From IMG/VR virus record IMGVR_UViG_3300013111_000141, positions 32,761-96,760 of that record: a stretch of DNA of 64,000 bases; one strand, written 5' to 3'. Origin of the DNA: a virus. This document shows, in pieces, positions 50,292 through 60,931 of the stretch (positions are counted from its first letter, which is position 1; each line of letters starts with the position of its first letter). Both the position numbers and the translations under genes were made by a program. The notes beneath the pieces are model-generated. The model ran no database searches. It was given only the letters and a program-made list of their open reading frames with translations, and was not told where the DNA came from.

Positions 50292-51689
50292 TTAACTCAT
50301 TAAGTTGTCAATTCTAAATAAACGATAATATACATTTGAACGGGCAGTTAAACCAGAACCAGCATTTGCACCTTGAGAGAATGGGTTTGAAGCCAATCCA
50401 TAACGAGTTTTAAAACCGATTTTAGGTTGAAAAGTTTCATGTCCAACTGCACGAACCATTTGTAGTGGAACATATGGGCAATAGAAAATACCAGCATCAT
50501 AAGGTGAAGTACCTTTATATGCCAAACATGCCATTTCATAAGCACCAGCTGCATCAAAATATGGATCAATATAAACTCTTAATCTACCATTAAGAACACC
50601 AACAAATGTATTACCAGTGTCGTCAGGTGTTAATGATTTATTACCAGATAATGCTGGGTTAAAATCTAATACACCAGCCATTGATAATGCAGATGCAACA
50701 TCAGAAGAACATATTAAGATGTTAGCTTTACCACGACGAGTTAAACGAGCAATAACGTTCATTTCTCTTTCTAATTGAAACATTAAACCTTTAAATTTCT
50801 CAACAGACCAACGACCATCTGCATCAGCACCTAAATCAAAAACACCTTTAGTAGTTGTACCAGTTTGAGCACCTAATTTGGCAGCACCATATACAGTACG
50901 AATAACTTCACGATTTATTTCTGATACAATTTCAGTTGAAAGAATATTAGATAATTCAGACTCAGCGTCTAAACCATGAACAGCTTTTAAGTCTTGTGCT
51001 AATTCAGTAGTATACTCGGCTTTCAATGCACGACTTTCTGCGGTAACAGTAACACGTTCAATTGAGAATGCCATTTCGTTAAAGTCACCACCATGACCTA
51101 AAGAATTAGAACCAAACGCACCAGTTGCATCACGTGAACCTAGTTTTTCAGCATCTGATACTGGTCCACCTGTTCCAGATGTATGTCCATGTGAACCTGT
51201 ACCAGTATCAACCAATACTCCAGCTTCAACAACATTTCCAGCAAAAGGATCTGTTGAGGCATGTGTACCAAGACCAGAAAATGATGTATCTGATTCGTTA
51301 TAAAACGCTTCTGGACGAGAATCATCACTACGATCAACATAACGTGAACGCATTGCAAAGATTAATCCAGTTGGACCAGACATTGGTTGAACACCTAAAA
51401 CATCATATGCCATTAAATTAGGCATAGTACGTCTAACTAGTGCGATAAGTACTGGATCCATTCCTTGGAATTGACCCTCACCACCAACTGTTGGACTCAT
51501 ACCACCACCAACTACGTTAGCTTCTGACATGATTAAACGTTCTTCTTTAACTGCTTTTTCTTGGTTTTCAAGTAAAATAGCACATACTGCTTTTTTGTAT
51601 GGGTCTGAAATTGGGGCAATATTTTCATGCTCTAGAACAGGTTTCCATTTTTGTTGTAATTCTTCTGATAAATGCATTTCAGTGTACAT
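50292..51689 (-). CDS. 23: Major capsid protein gp23
   Basis: KWKPVL, LLENQE, GVQPMSGPTGLIFAMR, RALKAEYT.ELAQDLKAVHGLDAE, FQPKIGFKTRYG. Confidence 0.98.
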   Translation of the reverse strand: MYTEMHLSEELQQKWKPVLEHENIAPISDPYKKAVCAILLENQEKAVKEERLIMSEANVVGGGMSPTVGGEGQFQGMDPVLIALVRRTMPNLMAYDVLGVQPMSGPTGLIFAMRSRYVDRSDDSRPEAFYNESDTSFSGLGTHASTDPFAGNVVEAGVLVDTGTGSHGHTSGTGGPVSDAEKLGSRDATGAFGSNSLGHGGDFNEMAFSIERVTVTAESRALKAEYTTELAQDLKAVHGLDAESELSNILSTEIVSEINREVIRTVYGAAKLGAQTGTTTKGVFDLGADADGRWSVEKFKGLMFQLEREMNVIARLTRRGKANILICSSDVASALSMAGVLDFNPALSGNKSLTPDDTGNTFVGVLNGRLRVYIDPYFDAAGAYEMACLAYKGTSPYDAGIFYCPYVPLQMVRAVGHETFQPKIGFKTRYGLASNPFSQGANAGSGLTARSNVYYRLFRIDNLMS

Positions 51690-51747
51690 CTCTTTCTCCT
51701 TTATTAATTTTTATTTTTTTATATTAAATTATTATAATATGTTTATA

Positions 51748-51755
51748 TATTTATA
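51748..51755 (-). promoter_or_regulatory. T4-type late promoter
   Basis: TATAAATA upstream of gp23. Confidence 0.72.
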
Positions 51756-51759
51756 ATTA

Positions 51760-52995
51760 TTACTTTTTACATCTTGACAATGTACTTGCATAATAACTCA
51801 TTAAGTCATTTGACCCCGTTACTTCAAGTTCTTCTTTCACCATAGGAGAATCTTCAATAGCAGTATCTGATGCACTTTCATCTAATATACGACTCTCTGT
51901 CACTTCTGATTCAGATGAAAAATAACTTTCAACGAAAATCTTTACTTTTTCCTTAAAAACTTCTTCTGAATTGAATTCTAAATGTTCACTCAACTTCTTA
52001 ACTTTTTCAATTTGAGTTAATGTTAATCCTTCAGTTAACTCTGTGACAATAGTATCACGTTGAATATGAACTAATTTTTCTGTTAATTCAATATTCTTGT
52101 TAATCTGAAAGTTTAAATCTTCTTGTAGTTTTTGTTCACTTTCTTTAGAAGTTTCATATATATCTAATTTATTTTCGGGAATATCAATATAATTTTCCTC
52201 AAAAACATCTTTAAGACCAGATACAAAATTTTCTAATATGGATGATTTAATACCAGATTCTATAGCTATTTTATTTTCTGATACCCATTCATCAACTGCA
52301 TATGATAAATATTTGTCAACATCTTCTAATAATTCAGTATGAATTAATTCCACTGATTCATTTAATTGTTTTTCATATTTTTCTTTATATTTTTCTTCTA
52401 ATATTTCTAAATGTTCATTAATCTTAGTTAATACCGCTGATTCATATATACTTTTAACTTTTTCTTTATATTCATCTGAAAAGTCATGTCCAGATAAAAT
52501 AGCATCAGTATCTTCTGAAATATCAATATCACTAGGTGTTAATTTAAATATTTCTTCTGTATCTTCTACTACTTCTTCTTCAGTATCTTCAGTATCTTCA
52601 GTATCTTCTACTACTTCCTCGGTATCTTCTACCACTTCTTCAGTATCTTCTACCACTTCTTCAGTATCTTCTACCACTTCTTCAGTATCTTCTACCACTT
52701 CATTTGTAACCAATTCATCTTCTGATTCATCAATTACGTCAGTATCATCTACCACTTCTTCACGTAATTCGTTATATATAGATTTCCAATCAATACTATC
52801 CCAATTAATACTAGAATAATCTTCAAATTGTTTTTTTAGTTTAGTCATATTCTTTTCCAAATCACCAACCGATTTAGACTTCAATGCAACCTTTAAAAGT
52901 TTAGCATCATTAAGAATATCTAGACTGGCCAATGACGTAGAAACCTTATCTTCTATCAAAGTTTCGTCATCTTTAATTGTTGTATCGTTGCCCAT
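51760..52995 (-). CDS. 22: Prohead core scaffold gp22
   Basis: IYESAV, VDKYLSYAVDEWVSENKIAIESG, LKDVFEENYIDIP; synteny. Confidence 0.9.
   Translation of the reverse strand: MGNDTTIKDDETLIEDKVSTSLASLDILNDAKLLKVALKSKSVGDLEKNMTKLKKQFEDYSSINWDSIDWKSIYNELREEVVDDTDVIDESEDELVTNEVVEDTEEVVEDTEEVVEDTEEVVEDTEEVVEDTEDTEDTEEEVVEDTEEIFKLTPSDIDISEDTDAILSGHDFSDEYKEKVKSIYESAVLTKINEHLEILEEKYKEKYEKQLNESVELIHTELLEDVDKYLSYAVDEWVSENKIAIESGIKSSILENFVSGLKDVFEENYIDIPENKLDIYETSKESEQKLQEDLNFQINKNIELTEKLVHIQRDTIVTELTEGLTLTQIEKVKKLSEHLEFNSEEVFKEKVKIFVESYFSSESEVTESRILDESASDTAIEDSPMVKEELEVTGSNDLMSYYASTLSRCKK
52552..52701 (-). repeat. In-frame 21-bp tandem repeat encoding (EEVVEDT)n
   Basis: About 6 copies of GAAGAAGTGGTAGAAGATACT-like units plus partial EDT units. 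Confidence 0.9.
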
Positions 52996-53039
52996 CAGTA
53001 TCTCCCAATTTTTTTATTTTAATTTATTTAGATATATAT

Positions 53040-53047
53040 TATTTATA
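53040..53047 (-). promoter_or_regulatory. T4-type late promoter
   Basis: TATAAATA upstream of gp22. Confidence 0.7.
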
Positions 53048-53059
53048 ATATTTGTAAAG

Positions 53060-53704
53060 TTATAACTTATTTAAAAAATCTTCAAATATTAATATTTTAG
53101 TCTTTTCTAAATTAGTCATTTTTTCACGTTTAATTATATTATGATAATCATTTATATTACATTCTTGTATAACACCATTATTCCAAACCCAATCTACCCC
53201 TTCCATTATCCCATTAACAAATGCATCTGGTGCTGATGGATCAGCAACTATATCAGCAGCTGTTGCTAAATAGAAATCATCTTGTACCGTATTAACACCT
53301 TTACTTGTATTAACCGTACCCATACCCCTAGAAGAAACACCTAGTTTAGCACCTTCATTTATTAAATTCTTTACAATAGACCCATATGGTGTTTCCGACA
53401 TTATTTTAGCTTTTCCAATGAAGTTATTACCATCCTTATGTAAACTTTTAATTATATGTGAAACTCTTTCTAAATTAATAGATGGACCATTTGGATGTCC
53501 AAGTTCACCAAATGCACGACCTTTGTTTATATAATTATCACTATATCGTTTAACTTCTTTTTCTAAAATTTCTGTAGGATATAATCTACCGTTGCGGTTT
53601 TTTATACCAGATTGTAAAAAAATACCTTCAATATATAAACTTTTAGATTTATCATCTTCTACAATATAACTTAAATCTTCATGAATTTCTGTTATAAGTT
53701 TCAT
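53060..53704 (-). CDS. 21: Prohead protease gp21
   Basis: MKLITE, IEGIFLQ, NRNGRLYP, GELGHP, GVSSRGMG, DIVADPSAPDA. Confidence 0.95.
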   Translation of the reverse strand: MKLITEIHEDLSYIVEDDKSKSLYIEGIFLQSGIKNRNGRLYPTEILEKEVKRYSDNYINKGRAFGELGHPNGPSINLERVSHIIKSLHKDGNNFIGKAKIMSETPYGSIVKNLINEGAKLGVSSRGMGTVNTSKGVNTVQDDFYLATAADIVADPSAPDAFVNGIMEGVDWVWNNGVIQECNINDYHNIIKREKMTNLEKTKILIFEDFLNKL

Positions 53705-53705
53705 G

Positions 53706-53963
53706 TTAGAATCCTTTTCTCTTATTCATTGAAATTGAACGTTTCCTATTACTTTGAGCTCTCTTTCCCTTACTTTTTTTCGCTGATTTCTTATTTCTAA
53801 GCTTCATCATTATTCGTTCTTTATTATCTATACGTACTTCTTTGCCGTTTATGACTTTATATCCACCTTTAGTGGATATTTTTTTAACAACACGTTTTCC
53901 TTTTCTGATAACTTTTTTTCTAGTTATTCCTTCAAGTATCAAAAAATCTATAAAATTTTCCAT
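53706..53963 (-). CDS. Basic prohead core protein (gp67/68 position)
   Basis: Highly basic; located between 20 and 21. Confidence 0.6.
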   Translation of the reverse strand: MENFIDFLILEGITRKKVIRKGKRVVKKISTKGGYKVINGKEVRIDNKERIMMKLRNKKSAKKSKGKRAQSNRKRSISMNKRKGF

Positions 53964-53978
53964 ATAATTACCTACAAT

Positions 53979-55466
53979 TTATCTAAAATTATTACCAGAA
54001 CCTTCATCGTCTTGTTCTTTAAACTTAGTGTCTTTTAATTCATCTTTCATTTGTTTATCAATTGATGATATATCATCAATTGTCATCTTTAATATATTTT
54101 TTCTAACCCAATCATGTGAATAATATTTACCAATAGCACCTATATTTACCATATCTGATATAATTGAAATACGGTCACGTAATAACTCGGAATCTTGTAT
54201 TTCATCATAATATGAATCTTCATTATATACAAAATTTATTTCATATTTAATATTATCCCATTCTTCCAATGTTATTATATTCTTTAATATAAGTTGTTTC
54301 TTTAATAAATCATAAAACAAATTGTTAAATTTATTCCTTAATCTTTTAATGAATCTATCAAATTTCATCTCATCTCTAGTTATTTCAGTTGCCCTACCCA
54401 ATGCCATTGAATTATCTGATTCTAACCTAGATACTGGTACATTTAATGATTTATATAATTTCTTTTGAAAATATACTATATCTTCAATTTCACCTAAATT
54501 AGTACCACCCGGCAATGTTTCAATTTGTGCCGAATTACCTTCTCGTCTAGGAAACCAATAATCCTCTAACATAGACATATGATTCTTACCATCTTTAACT
54601 TCACCAGTAACACCATCATATACTACTTTATTCTTATATTTATTCATAACATCACTAAGATATTGTTCCGCTTTCATCTTAGGTAAATTACCAACATCTA
54701 TATAAAATACTCGTCTTTCTGGTGCGCGTGTATATCTATATATAACAGCAGAATTCTCAAGCATAACTAATTGATTTAAAGGTTTTATAGCTTTATGTAA
54801 ATGACCAACCGAATGATTCTTAGTAGAATTTCTCAAACCAGACGATATAAAACTTATAGAATCTAATTCTATCGGAATGCCTTTAAGATCTATATCCTTA
54901 TCAATACCATTCTCACTATATACATAATATTCCTTAACCGATTCAATAATATCATCTGCATTACGTTTAACTTCTTTAACCTTTTTAATCTTTCTTGGGT
55001 CAATTCTTCGTAATTCTTGTATACCCTCTTTACGTTTACTTGGATCTATTATTATATGATAATAAAGTTTTCCATCAATATACCAATTACGAAATATATC
55101 ATATGATGACATATTAAAATCTAATTTCTGTAATATTTTAGAAAATTCATTAGATATCTTTTCCGCTACCGGTTTAGATATCTCATCTGATATTGCAATT
55201 TTAATAATTTCAGAATCTTCAGTTATAACTGATTCCGAAACTATATCATCTATTGCCAATTCAACTTCAGCATTCATTGACATTTGACGATACTTATTTA
55301 TTAATTCGTTATCGCTCTTAAATTTATCATCAAAATTATAAAAGGAACCAGAAAAATTAGTGCTAGACACCATGGTGGAGTCATCGAGAATATTACCATC
55401 TTTCGGTACGAAAGATGGTAAACTCTTTTTCTTTTCTTTACCTAATGTAAACCCAAATAATTTCAT
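53979..55466 (-). CDS. 20: Portal protein gp20
   Basis: WYIDG, IDPRKI, LHKAIK, RAPERRVFYIDVGN, EDYWFPRR, ITRDE. Confidence 0.97.
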   Translation of the reverse strand: MKLFGFTLGKEKKKSLPSFVPKDGNILDDSTMVSSTNFSGSFYNFDDKFKSDNELINKYRQMSMNAEVELAIDDIVSESVITEDSEIIKIAISDEISKPVAEKISNEFSKILQKLDFNMSSYDIFRNWYIDGKLYYHIIIDPSKRKEGIQELRRIDPRKIKKVKEVKRNADDIIESVKEYYVYSENGIDKDIDLKGIPIELDSISFISSGLRNSTKNHSVGHLHKAIKPLNQLVMLENSAVIYRYTRAPERRVFYIDVGNLPKMKAEQYLSDVMNKYKNKVVYDGVTGEVKDGKNHMSMLEDYWFPRREGNSAQIETLPGGTNLGEIEDIVYFQKKLYKSLNVPVSRLESDNSMALGRATEITRDEMKFDRFIKRLRNKFNNLFYDLLKKQLILKNIITLEEWDNIKYEINFVYNEDSYYDEIQDSELLRDRISIISDMVNIGAIGKYYSHDWVRKNILKMTIDDISSIDKQMKDELKDTKFKEQDDEGSGNNFR

Positions 55467-55486
55467 AATATACTCACCATTCTATA

Positions 55487-56068
55487 TTAAGTTATTGCCT
55501 GAACAATACCAGCAGCTTGACCAACCACACCTGACAGTTGTGAAGCAGTACTAACATTGCCACGTGTCCATAAGTCATATGCAAACGTCACAGTAAATTC
55601 TTCAATTTCATCATTAGTGCCCCAATTTAAATCAATAGCTTCAATCTCTGTGGGAAACATGTTTTTAAAATCATATACCGCAAGAGAACTACCATTTTTA
55701 CCTAACTGTTCGACAAACCCGTCCTGATATACGTTAGATGCCGAGGTGACTCCAAAGGGATCAATTCTAATATTTGATTCTGGAGTATTTATCTCTTCCA
55801 TCCATTTCTCAAATTTACTCCTAATTGACCAATTCTCATCATTAATAATAGTTACTGTCCAATCTTCATATGTTCTATTACCAGGTACTTTTAAAATTCT
55901 ACCCATATAATTAACATCAACTGATGATATGGTTGATGACGGTATATTCGCAGCCTTACACATGAATGAGAAGGTTGGGGAATTCATACCACCAATGTGA
56001 ACCTTAAATAAATTAGGTCTAGCACCGCCTCCATATAAGTTTGTTTTAAACGTGTTAACATTAAACAT
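55487..56068 (-). CDS. 19: Tail tube protein gp19
   Basis: GARPNLF, GRILKVPGNRTYEDWTVTIIND, IEEFTVTF.YD. Confidence 0.93.
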   Translation of the reverse strand: MFNVNTFKTNLYGGGARPNLFKVHIGGMNSPTFSFMCKAANIPSSTISSVDVNYMGRILKVPGNRTYEDWTVTIINDENWSIRSKFEKWMEEINTPESNIRIDPFGVTSASNVYQDGFVEQLGKNGSSLAVYDFKNMFPTEIEAIDLNWGTNDEIEEFTVTFAYDLWTRGNVSTASQLSGVVGQAAGIVQAIT

Positions 56069-56103
56069 TTTTTATTCTCCTTATTTTAAAATTATTCTTA
56101 TTA

Positions 56104-56111
56104 TATTTATA
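56104..56111 (-). promoter_or_regulatory. T4-type late promoter
   Basis: TATAAATA upstream of gp19. Confidence 0.68.
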
Positions 56112-56112
56112 T

Positions 56113-58821
56113 TTAGTTACCAACGACTTCATTAAACTCAATGCCGGTAGCAACTGCAACAAAATTTAATTGAATAAAGTTAATTGAACGACTTGGTTTT
56201 ATGTATATATCACCAATGAATCTATTAGAATCAATAACCGTTGGTGTATTATTAGTAGTATCACATACAACTTTAAAATCATATATTCCACGTCGTCCTT
56301 TAACATCACGTAAGAATGGTTCTACCATAGATACAAACTGAGCTCTAGTAAAATCATCATTAAACTCAAATAATAATTGATTTGAGGCAGACTCTATTAA
56401 TTTTTCTAAAACTATAAATAATCTCCGAACATTAATTCTATCAAAAGATGTAGATTTTCTAGTGAATGTCTTATCACCATACAATATAGTACCTTGTCCT
56501 GGGAATGTACATACAGGATTTATTGACTTCTTATACAACTCATCACGGTCTGCTCTATCTTGTGCAAACCGTAATTTAGTAACATTTTTAATACCACCAC
56601 GATTAAATCCTGCAGGAGAGAACCATGGGTCTCTGTCCTCATCAGTTCTAGACATCACACCCGCTATATCACCACATAATGGCACCCATCGATAAGTGTC
56701 ACCAAATACATCATATTGATATTTAAAATTAGAATCGGCAAATGCATAAGTCTGCATAGTATGATCACCCATAGTAGATCTAAGAGAATCAAAAAAATCA
56801 ACAACGTCACTGGTTTTAGTTGACTTTAATATATGTGGGGATAAAAGTGCCACAATATCTTTTCTCAAATACGCAGCATCTACTAAATTTAATAAAAACG
56901 TCTTATAATCAGATATATCTAGATTGTCACCAGCACCAAACAATAAAGATATATCAGATACTTCTTTATTCCTAAATGGTAGCATTGCACGTGTCCAATC
57001 ACCTAAATTAACATCACCGTTATTCCCATCCGCTAATATATATTTATGGTCTCCACTTGCCAAGAGATTTACATAAGTACGAACACCACCAGCAAAACTA
57101 CTATTCCAAACATTTCTCTGTAATGAACTTTCCCTATAAGAAAGTGGTACACCTAGTACCCATATTAACTCTGATTGTGCATTAATGGTATTAATCCAAT
57201 TTGAAGTACCTTGGGATTTAGTAAGGTTAATATAAACCTCTTCAATATTTTCATTACCACTATCGTCTACCACTGTTACCACAACTGCTAAGTCATTAGA
57301 TTCATCAAATATCATATCTAACCTATACTCCCACTTGTGCTGATAGATAGTGTCCATATCAATTAGATAAATTTTGATTCTATTGCCATATTCACCTGCA
57401 TATCTGGCAGCAAAAATAGAATCACCAGTATAGTCATCAAATGATTTTAATTCTCCATTTTCAAAAACAGTATATTCATTTAAAACTAAAAACCCTGTTG
57501 CAGTCCTAACATCATATGATGCACCCACACTTTCCAATATAAACTCACGCAAAACACTACCGTCATATAATGTATCAGTAATGTATATAAATTCATTTGT
57601 AGTGCTATCTGGTAAAATACCATATTGTGATACTGAACTTAATTCAGAACCACCTGAAAATAATTTAATAGAACCACCAGTATCTCTTACAGCTGTAGGT
57701 AAGTTGAAAGTATTACGTTGTGGTACACCGACTTCAATACCAGTTACCTCAGTAAAAGATGCCTCGGATGATAATCCACTATAATCATATGTAAGAGCAT
57801 TTAAATCTAAATTGGCACCAGGTGTCATACTAGTAACCACTATAGTACTAACACCCGACGCATCTATTGTGACAGTAACTGTTAATACTGCTGGAGTTGC
57901 ACCAGATGAAGTAACAGTTATAGTTCCACCAGTAACCGCACTTAAACCAAATGATGACCCAAATAGAATAGTAGTAAGATCAGCAGGCACATCTAACTCT
58001 CCACTTACTGCGGTATCAGTCCACGTACTAGATACATCACCAACTGGATTTTTTCTAAGATTTGGTAAAGTTGCAAAACTAAGTCTCACATCATCACCCA
58101 GTACATCAATGATCCATGGGTTATAAGTATCACCATATAATGGAGAATCTCCGGTTGAAGGATTAGATGCCGTTAAGAGTTTTACCCAGACTAATTCATT
58201 AAGAGTTACAAAATTTGTTGGTTGTCCTAATACATGATCAAAATTCCCTGTCCAATCAGTAGGCACTCCAGTTAATATATTATTTTCAGATACACTACTA
58301 CCATTACTATAGACTGCACCAATCTCAAATGTATCTCCTACAAAAAATGATCCCATACTATATGGGGAAGTTGTAAACTCCGAACCAAAAGTGCCAGACC
58401 AACTAGAAGGTAAAAGTGACACACCATCATTCACATAATTATTGTTTGTTTGTATCACACCACCAGCGTCAGTATTAGAAAAACTTATAAATTTATGAAT
58501 AGTTTCGGCAGTTGCAACTGGTACAGAATCTACTGCATTTGTTGTTGAGTCTTCACTATATATACGTGATACTTTTAAATCACGTGAGTAACTTAAGTAG
58601 TTTTTAGCAGTCATAAACGACATAATACTGTCACTTTTTGGTAAACCAAAAATTTCTTTTAATTCTGTAGATGTTGAAACTGTAGTTACTCTGTCAGGTA
58701 ACCCTAATGGACCCCACGAAAATATACCAACCAAACCACCAGCGGTTGTTGCGGTTTGTGGTACTGAGTCTGTTAAATCGATTTCCGATACGTTTACCCC
58801 TGGACTAATTTGAAAAGCCAT
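56113..58821 (-). CDS. 18: Tail sheath protein gp18 (long, 902 aa)
   Basis: SPGVNVSEIDLT, F.WGP, WFSPAGFNRG, GDKT, FDRINVRRLF, IKPSRSINFI. Confidence 0.95.
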   Translation of the reverse strand: MAFQISPGVNVSEIDLTDSVPQTATTAGGLVGIFSWGPLGLPDRVTTVSTSTELKEIFGLPKSDSIMSFMTAKNYLSYSRDLKVSRIYSEDSTTNAVDSVPVATAETIHKFISFSNTDAGGVIQTNNNYVNDGVSLLPSSWSGTFGSEFTTSPYSMGSFFVGDTFEIGAVYSNGSSVSENNILTGVPTDWTGNFDHVLGQPTNFVTLNELVWVKLLTASNPSTGDSPLYGDTYNPWIIDVLGDDVRLSFATLPNLRKNPVGDVSSTWTDTAVSGELDVPADLTTILFGSSFGLSAVTGGTITVTSSGATPAVLTVTVTIDASGVSTIVVTSMTPGANLDLNALTYDYSGLSSEASFTEVTGIEVGVPQRNTFNLPTAVRDTGGSIKLFSGGSELSSVSQYGILPDSTTNEFIYITDTLYDGSVLREFILESVGASYDVRTATGFLVLNEYTVFENGELKSFDDYTGDSIFAARYAGEYGNRIKIYLIDMDTIYQHKWEYRLDMIFDESNDLAVVVTVVDDSGNENIEEVYINLTKSQGTSNWINTINAQSELIWVLGVPLSYRESSLQRNVWNSSFAGGVRTYVNLLASGDHKYILADGNNGDVNLGDWTRAMLPFRNKEVSDISLLFGAGDNLDISDYKTFLLNLVDAAYLRKDIVALLSPHILKSTKTSDVVDFFDSLRSTMGDHTMQTYAFADSNFKYQYDVFGDTYRWVPLCGDIAGVMSRTDEDRDPWFSPAGFNRGGIKNVTKLRFAQDRADRDELYKKSINPVCTFPGQGTILYGDKTFTRKSTSFDRINVRRLFIVLEKLIESASNQLLFEFNDDFTRAQFVSMVEPFLRDVKGRRGIYDFKVVCDTTNNTPTVIDSNRFIGDIYIKPSRSINFIQLNFVAVATGIEFNEVVGN

Positions 58822-58870
58822 TTCGATCTCCTTATATGTTAATGGAATGTTATTTTATATACGATAATAA

Positions 58871-58878
58871 TATTTATA
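58871..58878 (-). promoter_or_regulatory. T4-type late promoter
   Basis: TATAAATA upstream of gp18. Confidence 0.7.
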
Positions 58879-58905
58879 ATATTTAACATTCGGTAAGTCA
58901 ATATT

Positions 58906-60516
58906 CTATATTGATTCCCATATATTCCCATCGTTATCCATCGTTATTTCTTTTTCTTCCTTATTATTTATAAACCCAAATGGAAGTATTTGTTCTTCCA
59001 TATATCGGACTCTCTCTTTATATAATTCTTCTCTGATATTAATATCAGACAAATCCTTAAAATAATTATCAGTAGTTGCCCATGAAAACAATACCAAAGT
59101 ATCTACTAAATCATCATTTCTACCACTATCTGCTTCAAATTTTAACCCTTTAGATATAAATGATGATAATTCATCAATAGTATTAAAATCATTCACTATT
59201 AATTTATCTTCTTCTATTAGTGATTTTAAGTTAAAACAACCAGTTTTTTTTGTAGCTTTTGTTGTTCTTACTCCTATATTAATATTCTTTCCTGTTTCAT
59301 TTGATATAAATTGTCCTTTCCTTGTGTCAGTTTTAGTGTATATCATATTAGGATACTCTAATTCTGAGTGTAATATATCAGAAACCTGTGCGCCTATATC
59401 ATTTATTTCAACTAATATATAAGATTCATTATATAAATCTGCAACTAATTTAATAATATTTGGATATACTAATGGCGGAATTTCATTAGATCTATATGTT
59501 GCAACTTGAACATAAGGTAATTCTGTAACGTCTAATACAGAAAATGCAGAATAATCACTCCCCCTTGCACGTGATACATCAACAGTTAACCAATATATAT
59601 GATTAATTATAGGTTCATGATAAGTAAACAAAGTTCCATCATATTGTACCTTTATTGGATTCATATATGACAATGACTTTAACTTACTACCAGTAATTAA
59701 TGTATTGGAACTACCTAAAAAATCACACTCAAACTCTTGTTGAAATTGTAATTCTGAAGTGTTATTTATCGTTGTCTGTTTCCATTCCGCATCTCTGCCT
59801 GGAAGTTCAGACCAATGAACTTCTATATTTTCATAAGAATTTCTTTTGTGTATTGAATCATTCCATAATTTATAAAAATGATTCATACCATATGGTGTAG
59901 ATACTATGATTACTTTAGTAGACTTACCTGATGATATAGTAGGATATACTGAACGGAAAAAATCTTCTGCCATTTCATTAGGAACAAATGCAAACTCATC
60001 TAAAAAAAGTATATTAAAAGAACTACCACGTACTGCACTAGAAGATGTTGCAGATGCTAGAATTTTACACCCATTTTCTAATTCTATATTGGTTCTATTC
60101 CAAACAATAACACCCTGTTGTAACCAAAATGGTAAATTCTCATAACTTCTTTGCAATCTTCCCAATAATTCTCTTGCAGTAGACAGTTTATTTGCCAAAA
60201 TGGCAATAGATATATCGCTATTAAATAATACCTGATGTAAAAAAAAACTAATACATGTAATAGATTTACCAGATTGTCTTGCCATTTTACATATAGTAAA
60301 CCTAGATTCACTAAAAGTATTAATCATTTGTTCTTGAAAATCATATAACTCAAATGGTACCAATCCTTCATCCAAGTTAATTATTTTAACATATTTCCTT
60401 ATAAAATAGATAGGGTCGTTCATACATAATTTGTATTCCCTTACTGTTTCTTCAGTCCATTGTATCTCAACTTCTGGTGATTTTAATCTCGGATTTTTAT
60501 TATATATCTCTGTCAT
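58906..60516 (-). CDS. 17: Terminase large subunit gp17
   Basis: DPIYF, ARQSGKS, LDEFAF, VSTPYG, QEFEC, DVSRARGSDYS, DDLVD. Confidence 0.96.
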   Translation of the reverse strand: MTEIYNKNPRLKSPEVEIQWTEETVREYKLCMNDPIYFIRKYVKIINLDEGLVPFELYDFQEQMINTFSESRFTICKMARQSGKSITCISFFLHQVLFNSDISIAILANKLSTARELLGRLQRSYENLPFWLQQGVIVWNRTNIELENGCKILASATSSSAVRGSSFNILFLDEFAFVPNEMAEDFFRSVYPTISSGKSTKVIIVSTPYGMNHFYKLWNDSIHKRNSYENIEVHWSELPGRDAEWKQTTINNTSELQFQQEFECDFLGSSNTLITGSKLKSLSYMNPIKVQYDGTLFTYHEPIINHIYWLTVDVSRARGSDYSAFSVLDVTELPYVQVATYRSNEIPPLVYPNIIKLVADLYNESYILVEINDIGAQVSDILHSELEYPNMIYTKTDTRKGQFISNETGKNINIGVRTTKATKKTGCFNLKSLIEEDKLIVNDFNTIDELSSFISKGLKFEADSGRNDDLVDTLVLFSWATTDNYFKDLSDINIREELYKERVRYMEEQILPFGFINNKEEKEITMDNDGNIWESI

Positions 60517-60931
60517 GGTCTTTCATCATCTTCAAAAAATCCTTTGTATTACCAACAAAAACATTATTATTAACAACATTTTTTCTAGTAGAATCTTTAA
60601 TATCAAGTTTGTCCATATTTTTTTGTAATACCACAAGTTCTTTTGTCAAATCACCAGTAGTTTTCAACAATTGTGATACTACTTCAAATGCACGTGGATG
60701 TTCACTTTCTTTAGCTAAAGAAATTATTGACGAAATTGAATCTTCACCATTCCGTATAAGATTATGTAATGTATTTCTTGCATGATTATAATCATTCTTT
60801 ATCTGTATATCTCTACCTTCATCTATATCTGGCAAAGTTTCTATTATACTGATTTCATTATTATCAGATTGTGGTAATATTTCAATATCAAGAACTTTAT
60901 TTAATTTTTCATCTATATTATTCATAATCAA
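60500..60931 (-). CDS. 16: Terminase small subunit gp16
   Basis: DYNHAR, ESEHPRAFEV, NNNVFVG.T. Confidence 0.9.
   Translation of the reverse strand: MIMNNIDEKLNKVLDIEILPQSDNNEISIIETLPDIDEGRDIQIKNDYNHARNTLHNLIRNGEDSISSIISLAKESEHPRAFEVVSQLLKTTGDLTKELVVLQKNMDKLDIKDSTRKNVVNNNVFVGNTKDFLKMMKDHDRDI

Noticed and set aside
52552-52701. CRISPR-like array
   Set aside because: Contiguous in-frame coding repeats without unique spacers; no cas genes
27932-60516. Inteins, introns or stop-codon recoding in core genes (nrdA, 41, 43, 46, 17)
   Set aside because: Lengths and motif spacing are normal, and TAA, TAG and TGA all act as stops
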